A stretch of DNA of 64,000 nt from Deinococcales bacterium. Lineage in GTDB: Bacteria > Deinococcota > Deinococci > Deinococcales > JAAFIG01. The position numbers and the translations under genes were made by a program. Below are positions 19,419-29,100 of this stretch, in pieces. The stretch's first letter is position 1; each line of letters begins with the position of its first letter. A model generated the notes under the pieces. It was not told the DNA's origin and ran no database searches. It worked only from the letters and a program-made list of their open reading frames with translations. The stretch is from the NCBI GenBank assembly GCA_043775825.1, contig JAYVRX010000108.1, forward strand, positions 1,764 to 65,763, in the 5' to 3' direction.

Positions 19419-20705
19419 ATGCACAAATCAGTCAAAGTTGGTTTAGCACTGGTCGGCACTCTCGGTTTTACGGCATTGCTTGCGTCTCAGGCGCAAACTG
19501 GCAAGGTTTCGCTCACTTACTGGCAGTACGCTTTTGATTCCAAAGTCAAGATCATGGACACGATCATGGCGGATTTTAATAAGGCAAACCCTGATATCGA
19601 AGTCAAACAAGAGAATTTTCCATATGACGGTTACATTCAAAAAGTCGAAACTTCCTTGGCAGCAGGTCAAGGTCCTGATGTTGTGAATCTGTTTTACGGT
19701 TGGGTTCCGCAATTCGCGGGCAATGGTCTGATACCACTTCCAGAAGCAGATTTCTCGGCAAAGACGCTCGAGGCAAACGTTGGACCGTTGATGAAAGCCT
19801 CGAAGATCAATGGGAAATACTGGGCTGTACCAACGGCGGTACGAACGCTGGCAGTGTTTTACAACAAAGACTTGTTTAAAGCTGCCGGCATCACCAAACT
19901 TCCAAAAACTTGGGCAGAACTCTCGAGCGTCGCGCAAAAAATTCAAAAAACAGATGCCGGTAAAATCCAGATTGCGGGCTTGGCACTTGCGCCACAAGGA
20001 CAAGACCATCACTTGTTCCGCGAGGTTCTGGTGCGTCAATGGGGCGGCAAACCGTACACGGCTGACAATAAGAAAATCACCTACAATTCCGAAGCTGGAC
20101 TCGAGGCTTGGAAATTCTATTTGGGACTGGTGTCATCAAATGCGGCGGCTCGAGGTCTTGATTTGTTCCCAGCTTCGACCAATGCCTACCGTGATGCGTT
20201 TATTGCGGGTCGGGCTGGCATGATTGTTGATGGTTCGTTTGCGATTGGTTCAATTCGCGCTGGTGCAAAATTTAATTGGGGTGTGTTCGAGCTTCCAGTC
20301 AAACAAACTGGTGGACTTCGCAGTAACTTTGGTTCGTACTGGGTTCATGGTTTAACCCGTAATGCTACAGGTCCAAAGCTCGAGGCTGGTACGAAATTCT
20401 TGAAATACCTGACCAGCGAAAAAGTCCAGCGCGATTGGTTGGTTAAAGTTGGCGAGATTCCTGCCAATACCAAACTTGCCAGCGATCCGGCACTGCGTAA
20501 AGATGCTGTGTTTGGACCGTTTGTTGCCACAATTCCTTTCGCCCATGCGACCTTTTTTGCCAACGAAGCCGACCAACGCAAAGCCGTTTGGGATGCTGCC
20601 GACAGCGTTTGGTTAACCAAAGCCGACCCTGCCAAAGCCCTGGCGCAAGCCGCAGCAAGCGAACAGAAAGTTTACGACGATTATTTCGCCTCCATCAAAA
20701 AGTAA
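19419..20705 (+). CDS. Carbohydrate ABC transporter substrate-binding protein (SBP family 1)
   Basis: Signal peptide, GQGPDV, FYNKDLFKAAG, PKTWAEL. Confidence 0.85.
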   Translation: MHKSVKVGLALVGTLGFTALLASQAQTGKVSLTYWQYAFDSKVKIMDTIMADFNKANPDIEVKQENFPYDGYIQKVETSLAAGQGPDVVNLFYGWVPQFAGNGLIPLPEADFSAKTLEANVGPLMKASKINGKYWAVPTAVRTLAVFYNKDLFKAAGITKLPKTWAELSSVAQKIQKTDAGKIQIAGLALAPQGQDHHLFREVLVRQWGGKPYTADNKKITYNSEAGLEAWKFYLGLVSSNAAARGLDLFPASTNAYRDAFIAGRAGMIVDGSFAIGSIRAGAKFNWGVFELPVKQTGGLRSNFGSYWVHGLTRNATGPKLEAGTKFLKYLTSEKVQRDWLVKVGEIPANTKLASDPALRKDAVFGPFVATIPFAHATFFANEADQRKAVWDAADSVWLTKADPAKALAQAAASEQKVYDDYFASIKK

Positions 20706-20795
20706 GTTCATCTCACCTGCACCACCCTTGCCGCCCAAAGAGCCAAGCCCGAGTCTGATTGCGAGCCTTGGTGAAATTGTTTAACCTCGAGTAAT

Positions 20796-21704
20796 GTGAC
20801 TAAACCAACCCGAAAACCGTTAAGCCTCGCGCAACGCCAAGCACTGTGGGCGTATGTCTTTTTGCTTGTGCCGTTGGCGTTTTTTTTGCTGGTGCGCTTG
20901 TATCCAGCCTTCTCGAGTTTGCTGCTCAGTTTGCGCGACTACCGTCCGTCTCGAGAGATCAATCCTTTTATCGGGCTTGATAATTTTAGAAACATTGCCG
21001 GCGATACGCTGTTCTGGCGTGCGATGCTCAACACGCTCCTTTACACCCTCATTGGTGTACCAGCGCAGTTGGTCTTGGGGATTTTGGTCGCGCTGATGCT
21101 GCAAGGTATCAATAAAGCCAGGGGTTTGTTCAGAGCCATTTACTTTATGCCGTTTGTCACGCCTATCGTGGCGAGTGCTTGGGTTTGGCAGAGTTTCCTG
21201 AATCAAAATTTTGGTCCAGTCAATCAATTGCTGACCATTCTTGGCATTCCCAACCAACCGTTTTTCGCCTCACCGTATCAAGCCCTGCCGAGCGTGGCGG
21301 CGTTTGTCGTCTGGCAGCAACTCGGTTTTCAGATTGTGCTGTTTTTGGCGGGACTCGAAGCCGTACCGCGCACCTATCTCGAGGCAGCCAGTCTGGATGG
21401 CGCGAGTGGTTGGCAGGTGTTTCGTTACATCAAACTGCCGCTTTTAAACCCAACGATTGTCTTCAGTGTGGTCATTGGCACAACAGGGTTTTTGCAATTG
21501 TTTGCCCAGGTCGTCAACATTAACTTTGGTGATCAAGGTGGACCTTTAAACAGCACGCTGACGGTGGCAGTTTACATTTACAAGGTCGCCTTTCAAGATT
21601 TCAAAATGGGTCGGGCTTCGGCAATTACAGTCGTGCTGTTTGCGATCATTTTATTGATTACCATTTTTCAATTGCGTGTCTTGCGAAGGCGGGTGGATTA
21701 CTGA
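20796..21704 (+). CDS. Carbohydrate ABC transporter permease
   Basis: GLDNF, EAASLDGA loop, multi-TM. Confidence 0.88.
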   Translation: MTKPTRKPLSLAQRQALWAYVFLLVPLAFFLLVRLYPAFSSLLLSLRDYRPSREINPFIGLDNFRNIAGDTLFWRAMLNTLLYTLIGVPAQLVLGILVALMLQGINKARGLFRAIYFMPFVTPIVASAWVWQSFLNQNFGPVNQLLTILGIPNQPFFASPYQALPSVAAFVVWQQLGFQIVLFLAGLEAVPRTYLEAASLDGASGWQVFRYIKLPLLNPTIVFSVVIGTTGFLQLFAQVVNINFGDQGGPLNSTLTVAVYIYKVAFQDFKMGRASAITVVLFAIILLITIFQLRVLRRRVDY

Positions 21705-22540
21705 TGCAAGCCGTCAATCCTAAACCTCGAGTCTCGAGCCAGCAAACTTGGTTGTACGTGATTTTGACCTTGGGTAGTCTGCTGACGGCTTTCCCATTTT
21801 TTTGGATGCTTTCAACCAGCTTTAAAACCTATGCTGATGTTTTTCAACCAGGTTTTTTTCCACCTAACCCGACTTTAGACAATTACGCTGAAGTGATCGC
21901 CAGAACCAGTTTTTTGCGTTGGTTTCTGAATTCAATTTTGGTTGCGGCGGGCACGACAGTTTCGGTTTTGTTTTTTGATTCGCTGGTGGGTTACACGCTG
22001 GCAAAACTCAAATTCCCTGGCAAGGAAATCATTTTCGTGCTTATTCTTTCGACTTTAATGATTCCAACCGAAATGCTGGTGATTCCGTGGTTTGTTGGTG
22101 CGGTGCAGTTGCAGATTGCCGACTCGTATTTTGCGATAGCCCTGCCTGGTTTAATCTCGGCATTTGGTGTGTTTTTGATGCGCGGTTTTTTTGAGGGCAT
22201 TCCCGATGAACTTTTTGATGCCGCACGGATTGATGGCTTGAGCGAATTTGGTTTATTCTGGCGGGTTGGATTGCCGCTGGTTCGTCCGGCTTTAAGTGCG
22301 CTGGCAATCTTTACTTTTTTAGGGAATTACAACGCGTTTTTGTGGCCACTGATTATCATTCAAAGTGCTGGAATGCGCACGCTGCCCGTCGGCATTGCGC
22401 TTTTTTCTGGCGAAACTGGTGGGCAATGGCATTTGATTATGGCAGCCTCGAGCCTCGCCGTGATTCCAGTGCTGGCGGTGTTTGCGGTGTTTCAAAAGCA
22501 AATTATTGAAGGTGTGGTATTGACAGGTGTCAAAGGCTGA
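21704..22540 (+). CDS. Carbohydrate ABC transporter permease
   Basis: DAARIDGL loop, FLWPL, TLPVGI, GVKG end. Confidence 0.88.
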   Translation: MQAVNPKPRVSSQQTWLYVILTLGSLLTAFPFFWMLSTSFKTYADVFQPGFFPPNPTLDNYAEVIARTSFLRWFLNSILVAAGTTVSVLFFDSLVGYTLAKLKFPGKEIIFVLILSTLMIPTEMLVIPWFVGAVQLQIADSYFAIALPGLISAFGVFLMRGFFEGIPDELFDAARIDGLSEFGLFWRVGLPLVRPALSALAIFTFLGNYNAFLWPLIIIQSAGMRTLPVGIALFSGETGGQWHLIMAASSLAVIPVLAVFAVFQKQIIEGVVLTGVKG

Positions 22541-22559
22541 ACTCGAGTAAGATGGTTGC

Positions 22560-24032
22560 GTGAGCGATCCCAGGCGTTGGAGTGAAGATTACGTGGCGCA
22601 TGTCTTGCGTCCCAATTTCTCGCAAGCCAAACGTTATTTGTTTAAACCGCTTGTTATGGCAAACAAAGCCCACGCGGTCATGCTCGAGCGTTGTGGCTTG
22701 CTCGAGCCTCAACAGGCGCAAAAACTCTTGTCGGCTTTGCGCCAAATTGATGCGGCGGGTTCACGGTCTTTTGCCTATAGTGAGCGTTTTGAAGATTTGT
22801 ACTTCGCCGTCGAATCGCGCCTGATCGAACTGGCAGGGGTCGAAGCGGGTGGGAATTTACAAATTGCTCGCTCGAGAAACGATCTCGATGCTGCCATGAT
22901 TCGGATGGTCTTGCGTGAAACGATTCTGGGGATTCTCGAGGCGATGGCAGATTTACGGCGTGCACTGATTGATCGGGCGCTCGAGAATGTCGATTCGATC
23001 ATGCCTGGTTACACGCACAATCAACCCGCACAACCAACTACGCTGGCACACTATTTGGGTAGTGTTATTGCCATGCTCGAGCGTGATGCGCGGCGTTTTC
23101 ACATGGCTTTTGGGACGGTAAACCGCAGCCCTCTCGGGGCGGCTGCCATGACCACCACAGGCTTTCCGATTCGTCGTGACCTCAGCGCAGAATTGCTCGG
23201 TTTTGAAGGTTTGGTGGTCAATGGTATTGATGCGGTGGGCAGTTCAGATCACGCACTCGAGAGCGTTAACGCGGTATTGACTTGCGAATCGAACCTCTCG
23301 AGATTTAATTTTGATCTTTTAACCTGGTCAACCCGTGAAGTGAATTTCTTGCGCGTGCCAGATCATTTTGTGCAAATTTCTTCAATTATGCCGCAAAAGC
23401 GCAACCCAGTTGTGCTCGAGCATGTTCGTGCCAAACTTGCTCGGGCACACGGTGCGGCTTTGACGGTGCAAGGCTTGGCTCGCAATGTCCCCAACGGCGA
23501 CATCAACGATGTGGGCGAGCACATGATTAATCCAGTGTTGACAAGTTACACCGAACTCGATGAGGCGCTAAATTTACTCTCGAGCCTGATCGAAACTTGT
23601 GGTTTTAACACGCCTTTGATGTTCGAGCGGGCAGGTGAGCATTTCACCACCGCCACCGCACTGGCAGATTTTTTGGTTGCAGAATTAAAATTGCCGTTCC
23701 GTACCGCGCATCACATCACTTCAAAACTGGTGAATTTGGCATATGCCAGAAATCTTTCTTACCGCGAGGTCAATGCCGCATTGCTGATCGAAGCTGCCGA
23801 ACAACCGCTCGAGATTACCGACGCGCAAATCAGACTTGCACTTGACCCACAGGCATTTATTGCCGCACGGCGAATTTCTGGGGGTACGGCAAGGGAAGCC
23901 ATCTTGCCGTTTTTGTCCGATGCTCAAACCTCACTCGAGGCGGATGAGCGCTGGCGACGCAGTACCAACAGCAGTTTACGCCATGCCAAATCCCATCTCG
24001 AGGCTCAGGTTGATTCGATTCTCGAGGCGTAA
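22560..24032 (+). CDS. Argininosuccinate-lyase-like C-N lyase (fumarase/aspartase superfamily)
   Basis: ARSRND, MPGYTHNQPAQP, SSIMPQKRNP signature, PFRTAH; the N-terminus lacks the WGGRF motif of housekeeping ArgH. Confidence 0.8.
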   Translation: MSDPRRWSEDYVAHVLRPNFSQAKRYLFKPLVMANKAHAVMLERCGLLEPQQAQKLLSALRQIDAAGSRSFAYSERFEDLYFAVESRLIELAGVEAGGNLQIARSRNDLDAAMIRMVLRETILGILEAMADLRRALIDRALENVDSIMPGYTHNQPAQPTTLAHYLGSVIAMLERDARRFHMAFGTVNRSPLGAAAMTTTGFPIRRDLSAELLGFEGLVVNGIDAVGSSDHALESVNAVLTCESNLSRFNFDLLTWSTREVNFLRVPDHFVQISSIMPQKRNPVVLEHVRAKLARAHGAALTVQGLARNVPNGDINDVGEHMINPVLTSYTELDEALNLLSSLIETCGFNTPLMFERAGEHFTTATALADFLVAELKLPFRTAHHITSKLVNLAYARNLSYREVNAALLIEAAEQPLEITDAQIRLALDPQAFIAARRISGGTAREAILPFLSDAQTSLEADERWRRSTNSSLRHAKSHLEAQVDSILEA

Positions 24033-24033
24033 A

Positions 24034-24068
24034 AATCTCGAGCACCTAAAATTCAGGTGCTCGAGGTT
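24034..24068. terminator. Hairpin between convergent genes with CTCGAG in both arms
   Basis: CTCGAGCACCT-AAAATTC-AGGTGCTCGAG, 11-bp perfect stem, preceded by an A-run (U-tract on the minus strand). Confidence 0.7.
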
Positions 24069-24086
24069 GAAGATCGGCTTGGTGAT

Positions 24087-24971
24087 TTAGGATTCGGTAG
24101 GTTGACCGTTTAAGGTCCAATTTCCAGTTCCGCAACCCGTAATCTCGAGCTTTAAAAGATCCTTGCCCGAAGTTAACTCGAGCGTGCCAGAGTCGATCAA
24201 ATCGTCGCTCGAGCAGGCATCGCTGAGGTGCAAATCTTTGCCAGTGATACCAAAAGCTTCCTTGGCGGTATTTTCGGTCAAGCCCAACGAGGTCGAAAAG
24301 TTGACCGTGCCACCATTAAAGTCCTCAGAATCGCTGTCGGCATCGGGTTTGTAAGAAAGCTTGCTCGAGAAATCCAGGGCGTAAGTATCTTTGCCCGATT
24401 TTAAACCCAGGTTGTACTTTTCGCTGGCAGAGTACGAACCGTTGCTGTTGTTGTCGGTCACCGTCTCGAGGTTGAAAGTAATGGTCGAAGTCACGCCGTC
24501 TTTGGTCATGACCAGTTTGAAATTGCTAAATTTTAAGCTAAAGCCACTTTCTGGGTTGTTGTCGTCGCTGTCTTTAACCTCGAGTTTGCCGGTTAGGGTG
24601 TCACCGTTTTTGCTGCAATCAAAAGTGTAGCTTAGACTGGCTGGGTAGCCGTCCTGGTCGGCGTCGGTGCTGTCATTGGGCACGGTGCAGGCATCGGCTG
24701 CCATCAGGTTCACGGATTGGTCAAACAGGCGTCCTCGAGCGCTAACGCCACTCTGACGGCTTGCCAGGTTAAAGGCATCTTTGGCGGCTTGGAAGGCACT
24801 CGCGCCATTACCCTTGAAGACCCGCAGTGATTGCTGCATCAGGGTTGGAGACAGGCTTTTTAAGGATTTTGTGTTGCCAACATCAATACCGTCACTGACA
24901 GTGGTGTTGCAAGCGCCAAGCGTTGCGACCATCAGACCAATTGCCAGGGTTTGAACGAATAATGCTTTCAT
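24087..24971 (-). CDS. Hypothetical beta-rich lipoprotein
   Basis: True start MKALFVQ at 24971 (AAGGAGG RBS); lipobox LGAC; Ser/Thr/Asp-rich beta strands with Cys pairs. Confidence 0.75.
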   Translation of the reverse strand: MKALFVQTLAIGLMVATLGACNTTVSDGIDVGNTKSLKSLSPTLMQQSLRVFKGNGASAFQAAKDAFNLASRQSGVSARGRLFDQSVNLMAADACTVPNDSTDADQDGYPASLSYTFDCSKNGDTLTGKLEVKDSDDNNPESGFSLKFSNFKLVMTKDGVTSTITFNLETVTDNNSNGSYSASEKYNLGLKSGKDTYALDFSSKLSYKPDADSDSEDFNGGTVNFSTSLGLTENTAKEAFGITGKDLHLSDACSSDDLIDSGTLELTSGKDLLKLEITGCGTGNWTLNGQPTES

Positions 24972-25041
24972 AATAGCCTCCTTGAACTCTCGAGCAGCCT
25001 CGAGTCGAGAACGATTGCGCACCAAACCGATTGCTGGGGTT

Positions 25042-25434
25042 TTACTTTTTTTCCAAACGCAACGTGCCTGTGCCTTCGCTATCACGGATTGTGCCTTCCA
25101 TGATTTTTTGGGTGCTATCTGTTGTGCCACCAAATTCTGCGGCATCTTGGTTGCTGACTTTAATGACAAAACGGATCGTGTTTTGATCTCGAGTGCCGAC
25201 GATAGTGCCGACGTTTTGGCATTGTGAAAAATTTTCGTTGCATTCTTGATAGTTGCCACTCAGCTTGCCGTTACTTTCCTGAATGGCGTACCGCCCTGGA
25301 ACAATTTTGGTCTCAAACTGTGCTGTGCCTTGCCATGTGCCACTCAGACCACCGCCCGCTAAACCACTGCCTGGACAAGATGTAAACCCTAAAACTGCGA
25401 TCAGTGCTGTTGGTGCAAGAAATCGTTTTTTCAT
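25042..25434 (-). CDS. Hypothetical lipoprotein (LSGTWQG beta-barrel type)
   Basis: Start MKKRFL at 25434 (AAGGAG RBS); lipobox FTSC. Confidence 0.7.
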   Translation of the reverse strand: MKKRFLAPTALIAVLGFTSCPGSGLAGGGLSGTWQGTAQFETKIVPGRYAIQESNGKLSGNYQECNENFSQCQNVGTIVGTRDQNTIRFVIKVSNQDAAEFGGTTDSTQKIMEGTIRDSEGTGTLRLEKK

Positions 25435-25468
25435 GGTTGTGCTCCTTTTGATTTGAAACTCGAGAGAC

Positions 25469-25954
25469 TTAGAATCTGGCGCGTAAACCGAAAATGATGT
25501 ACAACTCGAATCCGACATCTGCTTGACCTTGCAGTGGAATGCTCAGACCAGGCATCAGATCAAGAAAAACACTGAGGTTTTTGATGACTCGAGCATCAAT
25601 GCCCAGGTACGCATGTGGTGTCAGGTACAGGCTGGGAACGACGAACATGGTCATGCCACCACCAACATTGAAGGTCATGACTTTCGAGGCATGGATGTGT
25701 GCATAAGCGTCAAGTCCAAAGTCGAGTCCAAACCCGCCCGAGAACAAGAGGTTTGTGGTGAAACGACCACCAAAGTTTGTCGAAAATAACGAATCTGAAC
25801 CGACTTGTAAATTGATACCCAGCAGTGCGTTACCGCCGATCACATCAATCACCAGTCCGCCACCTGCCAGTCCAGCTTGGGCATGGGCTGGCAGTGCAAA
25901 TCCGCCAAACACCATAAACAGCGCCGCGATCAAGGTTGTTATTCTCTGTTTCAT
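25469..25954 (-). CDS. Putative small outer-membrane beta-barrel protein
   Basis: Start MKQRI at 25954 (GGAGG RBS); signal peptide AHA; alternating hydrophobic strands; C-terminal Phe (GLRARF). Confidence 0.65.
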   Translation of the reverse strand: MKQRITTLIAALFMVFGGFALPAHAQAGLAGGGLVIDVIGGNALLGINLQVGSDSLFSTNFGGRFTTNLLFSGGFGLDFGLDAYAHIHASKVMTFNVGGGMTMFVVPSLYLTPHAYLGIDARVIKNLSVFLDLMPGLSIPLQGQADVGFELYIIFGLRARF

Positions 25955-26029
25955 AGATCCTCCATTCAGCCGCAAATCTTGCTTGGCTGAAAAAAGTCTA
26001 TGAAACAGATGTTTTGGTACTCTCTCAAG

Positions 26030-26065
26030 ATTTTGAGCCGAAGCTTTTGACCTTCGGCTCAAAAT
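26030..26065. promoter_or_regulatory. 14-bp perfect inverted repeat (operator or terminator)
   Basis: ATTTTGAGCCGAAG-CTTTTGAC-CTTCGGCTCAAAAT, located between the regulator and the downstream secreted-protein operon. Confidence 0.6.
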
Positions 26066-26111
26066 GGTTAAAAGCGTTCAGTACATTCAAATTACTGGCT
26101 TCCTCGAGTTT

Positions 26112-29100
26112 TTAAGTTAGTCTCAAGGGTTGCAGTACATCATTTTTTGTATTTGTCGAGGTTGCTCGAGTTCCTCGGGTCTCGAGGTTGACGCCGTTTG
26201 CTCGTAAGGCTGCCAGGTCGCGTTTGATGGTCGCAACGCTCGAGTCCAAGGCGCGTGCCAGGTCGTCTACCGTGGGCGCTGCGCCTTGTTCCAGGGCTTG
26301 GCTGCACAGTCGCTCGAGTTGATGTTGACGGCGTTTGGTTTTGTCCAGAATTTGATCGTCTTCTGGTGTGCGAACCGTCCAGGTGATCTGGCGGTATTCG
26401 TGCGCTTGCAAGCTTCTGCCAATGGGCGCGTCTCTGGAAGCCAGTTGAACAATGCTGTTTTGCTCAAGGAGCTGTTCGCAAAGTAGAATTATTTCGTTGA
26501 GCACAGGAATGGCTTTTCGCAAACCAGCCCGCTCAGAGACGGGGAAATTTTGAAATTCGATTTCAAGATTGCTGCGGGCTAAACTTAAGGCTTTCAAGGC
26601 TCGTGATTCGAGTCTCAAAGCGCTCAGAATCTTAAAGTGAAGCAGGTGGAAGGCATAAAATCCGTAAATGCGGACGCCTAAATGTTTACCAGATTCGGGT
26701 AGGCATTCCTCAATGATCTCGAGCGCCGATACAAAATTTTTGGTTTGATACTCGGTGGTTGCCAGAAGTCGTTTGAACTGTTGTTCTTCGTTTGGACATT
26801 GATGCTCGAGGGACGATTGCAAACCCAGTGTCGCCATTTCTCGAGCCTGGGGATATAAACCTTGCTGAATTTTTATTTCGATCAACCAAATTCTGGCATT
26901 CATTTCGCCGTGAATGTCTTTGATCTGTGCTCCTAGTTTGATCGCCTGTTCCAGATGATGTTGCGATTCTTCAAGCTCTCCAGACCAAAAATAAAGCAAG
27001 CCAAGCTGCGACAAAATAAAGCACTGCCTCGAGTGTGCATTCAGTTCGATCTGTATTTGCAAGGCTTTTTTGATTTGCTGGGCAGCCATGTTCGGATCTC
27101 GAGCCAGGTATTTATAGAGTGCTGTGACGGCTAAGATATGTCCTTCAAGTGATCTTGCGCCTATCGCAACGGCAAGCGCTAAAGCGCGTTCGTAATAATC
27201 AAAACCTCGTTCAAGGTTGCCAAGTTGAAACGACACCAATCCAAGGTTTGCCAAGTTAAGGACTTTTTCTTGACGCAATCCAATCAAATCGCAAAGCCTA
27301 ACCGCCCGTTCTAAAAACGGGATTGCTTCGCTAAAATAACTGTGCATCATGTATAAACTGGCAATTCTTCCCTGTAAAGAAGCCTCTTTAAAAGTATCGT
27401 TTGTTTGTTGGGCTATGGCGGTAGCAGATTGGAGTTCATGAAGTGCCTGTTCAAAACGTCCCAAATAAGTAAACGCCAAACCCAAGTTTCCTCGAGCCTC
27501 CGCTTCGAGCGACAAGCCAAATTCAACGCAGAGCCGTACAGCTTTTTCTAACGGGGCAAGTGCCACATCAAAAGGACCACCACCCGTTAGAAAAATACTG
27601 CCCTGAGCAATCAAGACTCGAGCCTGATCTATTGGTTCGGCTTCTCGAGCGATAGCGCTGGCATCTTCGATGAGTGCTAGGGCTTCCGAAGTTCGCCCAA
27701 TGGTGCTCAAAGCTCTTGCCCGACGGGTTAAAACTTCTAAACGTTTGAGTGGCTGATCTAATACTCGTTCCTCGAGTTCGTTCAGGTCTGTCAACATTCG
27801 TTCGGTATTGTTCTGAACGCCATCTGCTCGAATTCTTGTCTCGAGAAAACGAATCTGTTCAAGGCTGTCAAAATCGCTTTGTGCCAAATCACCAATGGCT
27901 TCCAAGTCAGCCAAGACTTGCTGGTAAGCGTGCAACTCGAGCGAACGTTCGGCGGATTTCAAGCGGTAGCGTTTGGCGAGCGCAGGTTGGTTGGCACGTT
28001 CGGCATGGGTTGCCAGTATCTCTGGTGCATCTGAACCTCGAGCCTTTAAGGTTTGGAGGATTCGGGCATGAAGTTGCAAACGCACCACTTCAGGCAATTG
28101 GGTGTAAACGGTTTGACGCAATTGATCGTGGGCAAAACCAAAACCTGGTTCAATCTCTTGCAGAAAACCAGTCCGTATCAGTGCGTCTAACGTGTCAAGC
28201 AACGCCAGGGTCGAAATCTGGGTCAGGTCTTGCAACAATTCAAAATCAAAACTTGTCCCAATTGCCGCCGCCAGTTGAATCACTTCAAGGGTTTGAGGTT
28301 CTAAACGTGAAAGCCGCGAAACCACCACCTCGCGTAAGCCAGTAGGCAAGGGCATGGTTTGAAAACGACTGATCCAATGCTGCTGGTCTTCGAGTGCCGC
28401 TCCAGTCTCGAGCAAGACCTTCAAGGTTTCGAGCACAAACAATGGGTTGCCTTGCGAGACCTGCTCGAAATGCGCCACCACTTCGGGCAATACGTTGATG
28501 CCCAAAGCTTTTTGGGCAAGTTGTTTGATCTTGTCTCTGGTGAATGCCTCGAGTTGAATGCGGATGGTAAAAGCATGGCGGTCTAGGCTTTCGATGCACT
28601 GCCAAACGTCTGGCTTTTCTCGAGCTTCAAGGCTTCTAAAACCAATGACCAGCGCCATCGGCATGGTCTCGAGGCTGCGTGCCAAGCTGACCAGCAACTC
28701 GAGGCTGGCATCGTCTGCCCATTGGATGTCGTCAATCACAATGACGATAGGTTGAATTTTGGCTAAGGTTTTGAGGATTTCGATCAGTGATTCGCGCAAC
28801 CGTTGCAGATCGTACAAGTCATCTAAAACCAACCTTGAGGTTTTTGCTGCCCCAAGTTTTGGAATGACCCGAGCCGCCTCTTGCAACCACATCTCGTCAA
28901 TTTGCGAACGCAGAGCCTCGAGCCTGAGCGAGCCAAGGTTATCGGTTAGCATTTCTTGGATGACCAGATACGGCTCGAGTTGCCGAAATTCTTGTGCCGT
29001 TGCCCGCAGCACGTTCTGACCGCGCCAAGTTGCATCATCGGTCAGGCTTTGCAGCAATCTGGTCTTGCCAATGCCTGGTTCGCCTTCGATCAAAATGATT

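Noticed and set aside
24972-25259. N-terminal extension of the 390-aa ORF 24087..25259
   Set aside because: It overlaps the lipoprotein gene 25042..25434 in another frame; the RBS and signal peptide support a start at 24971.
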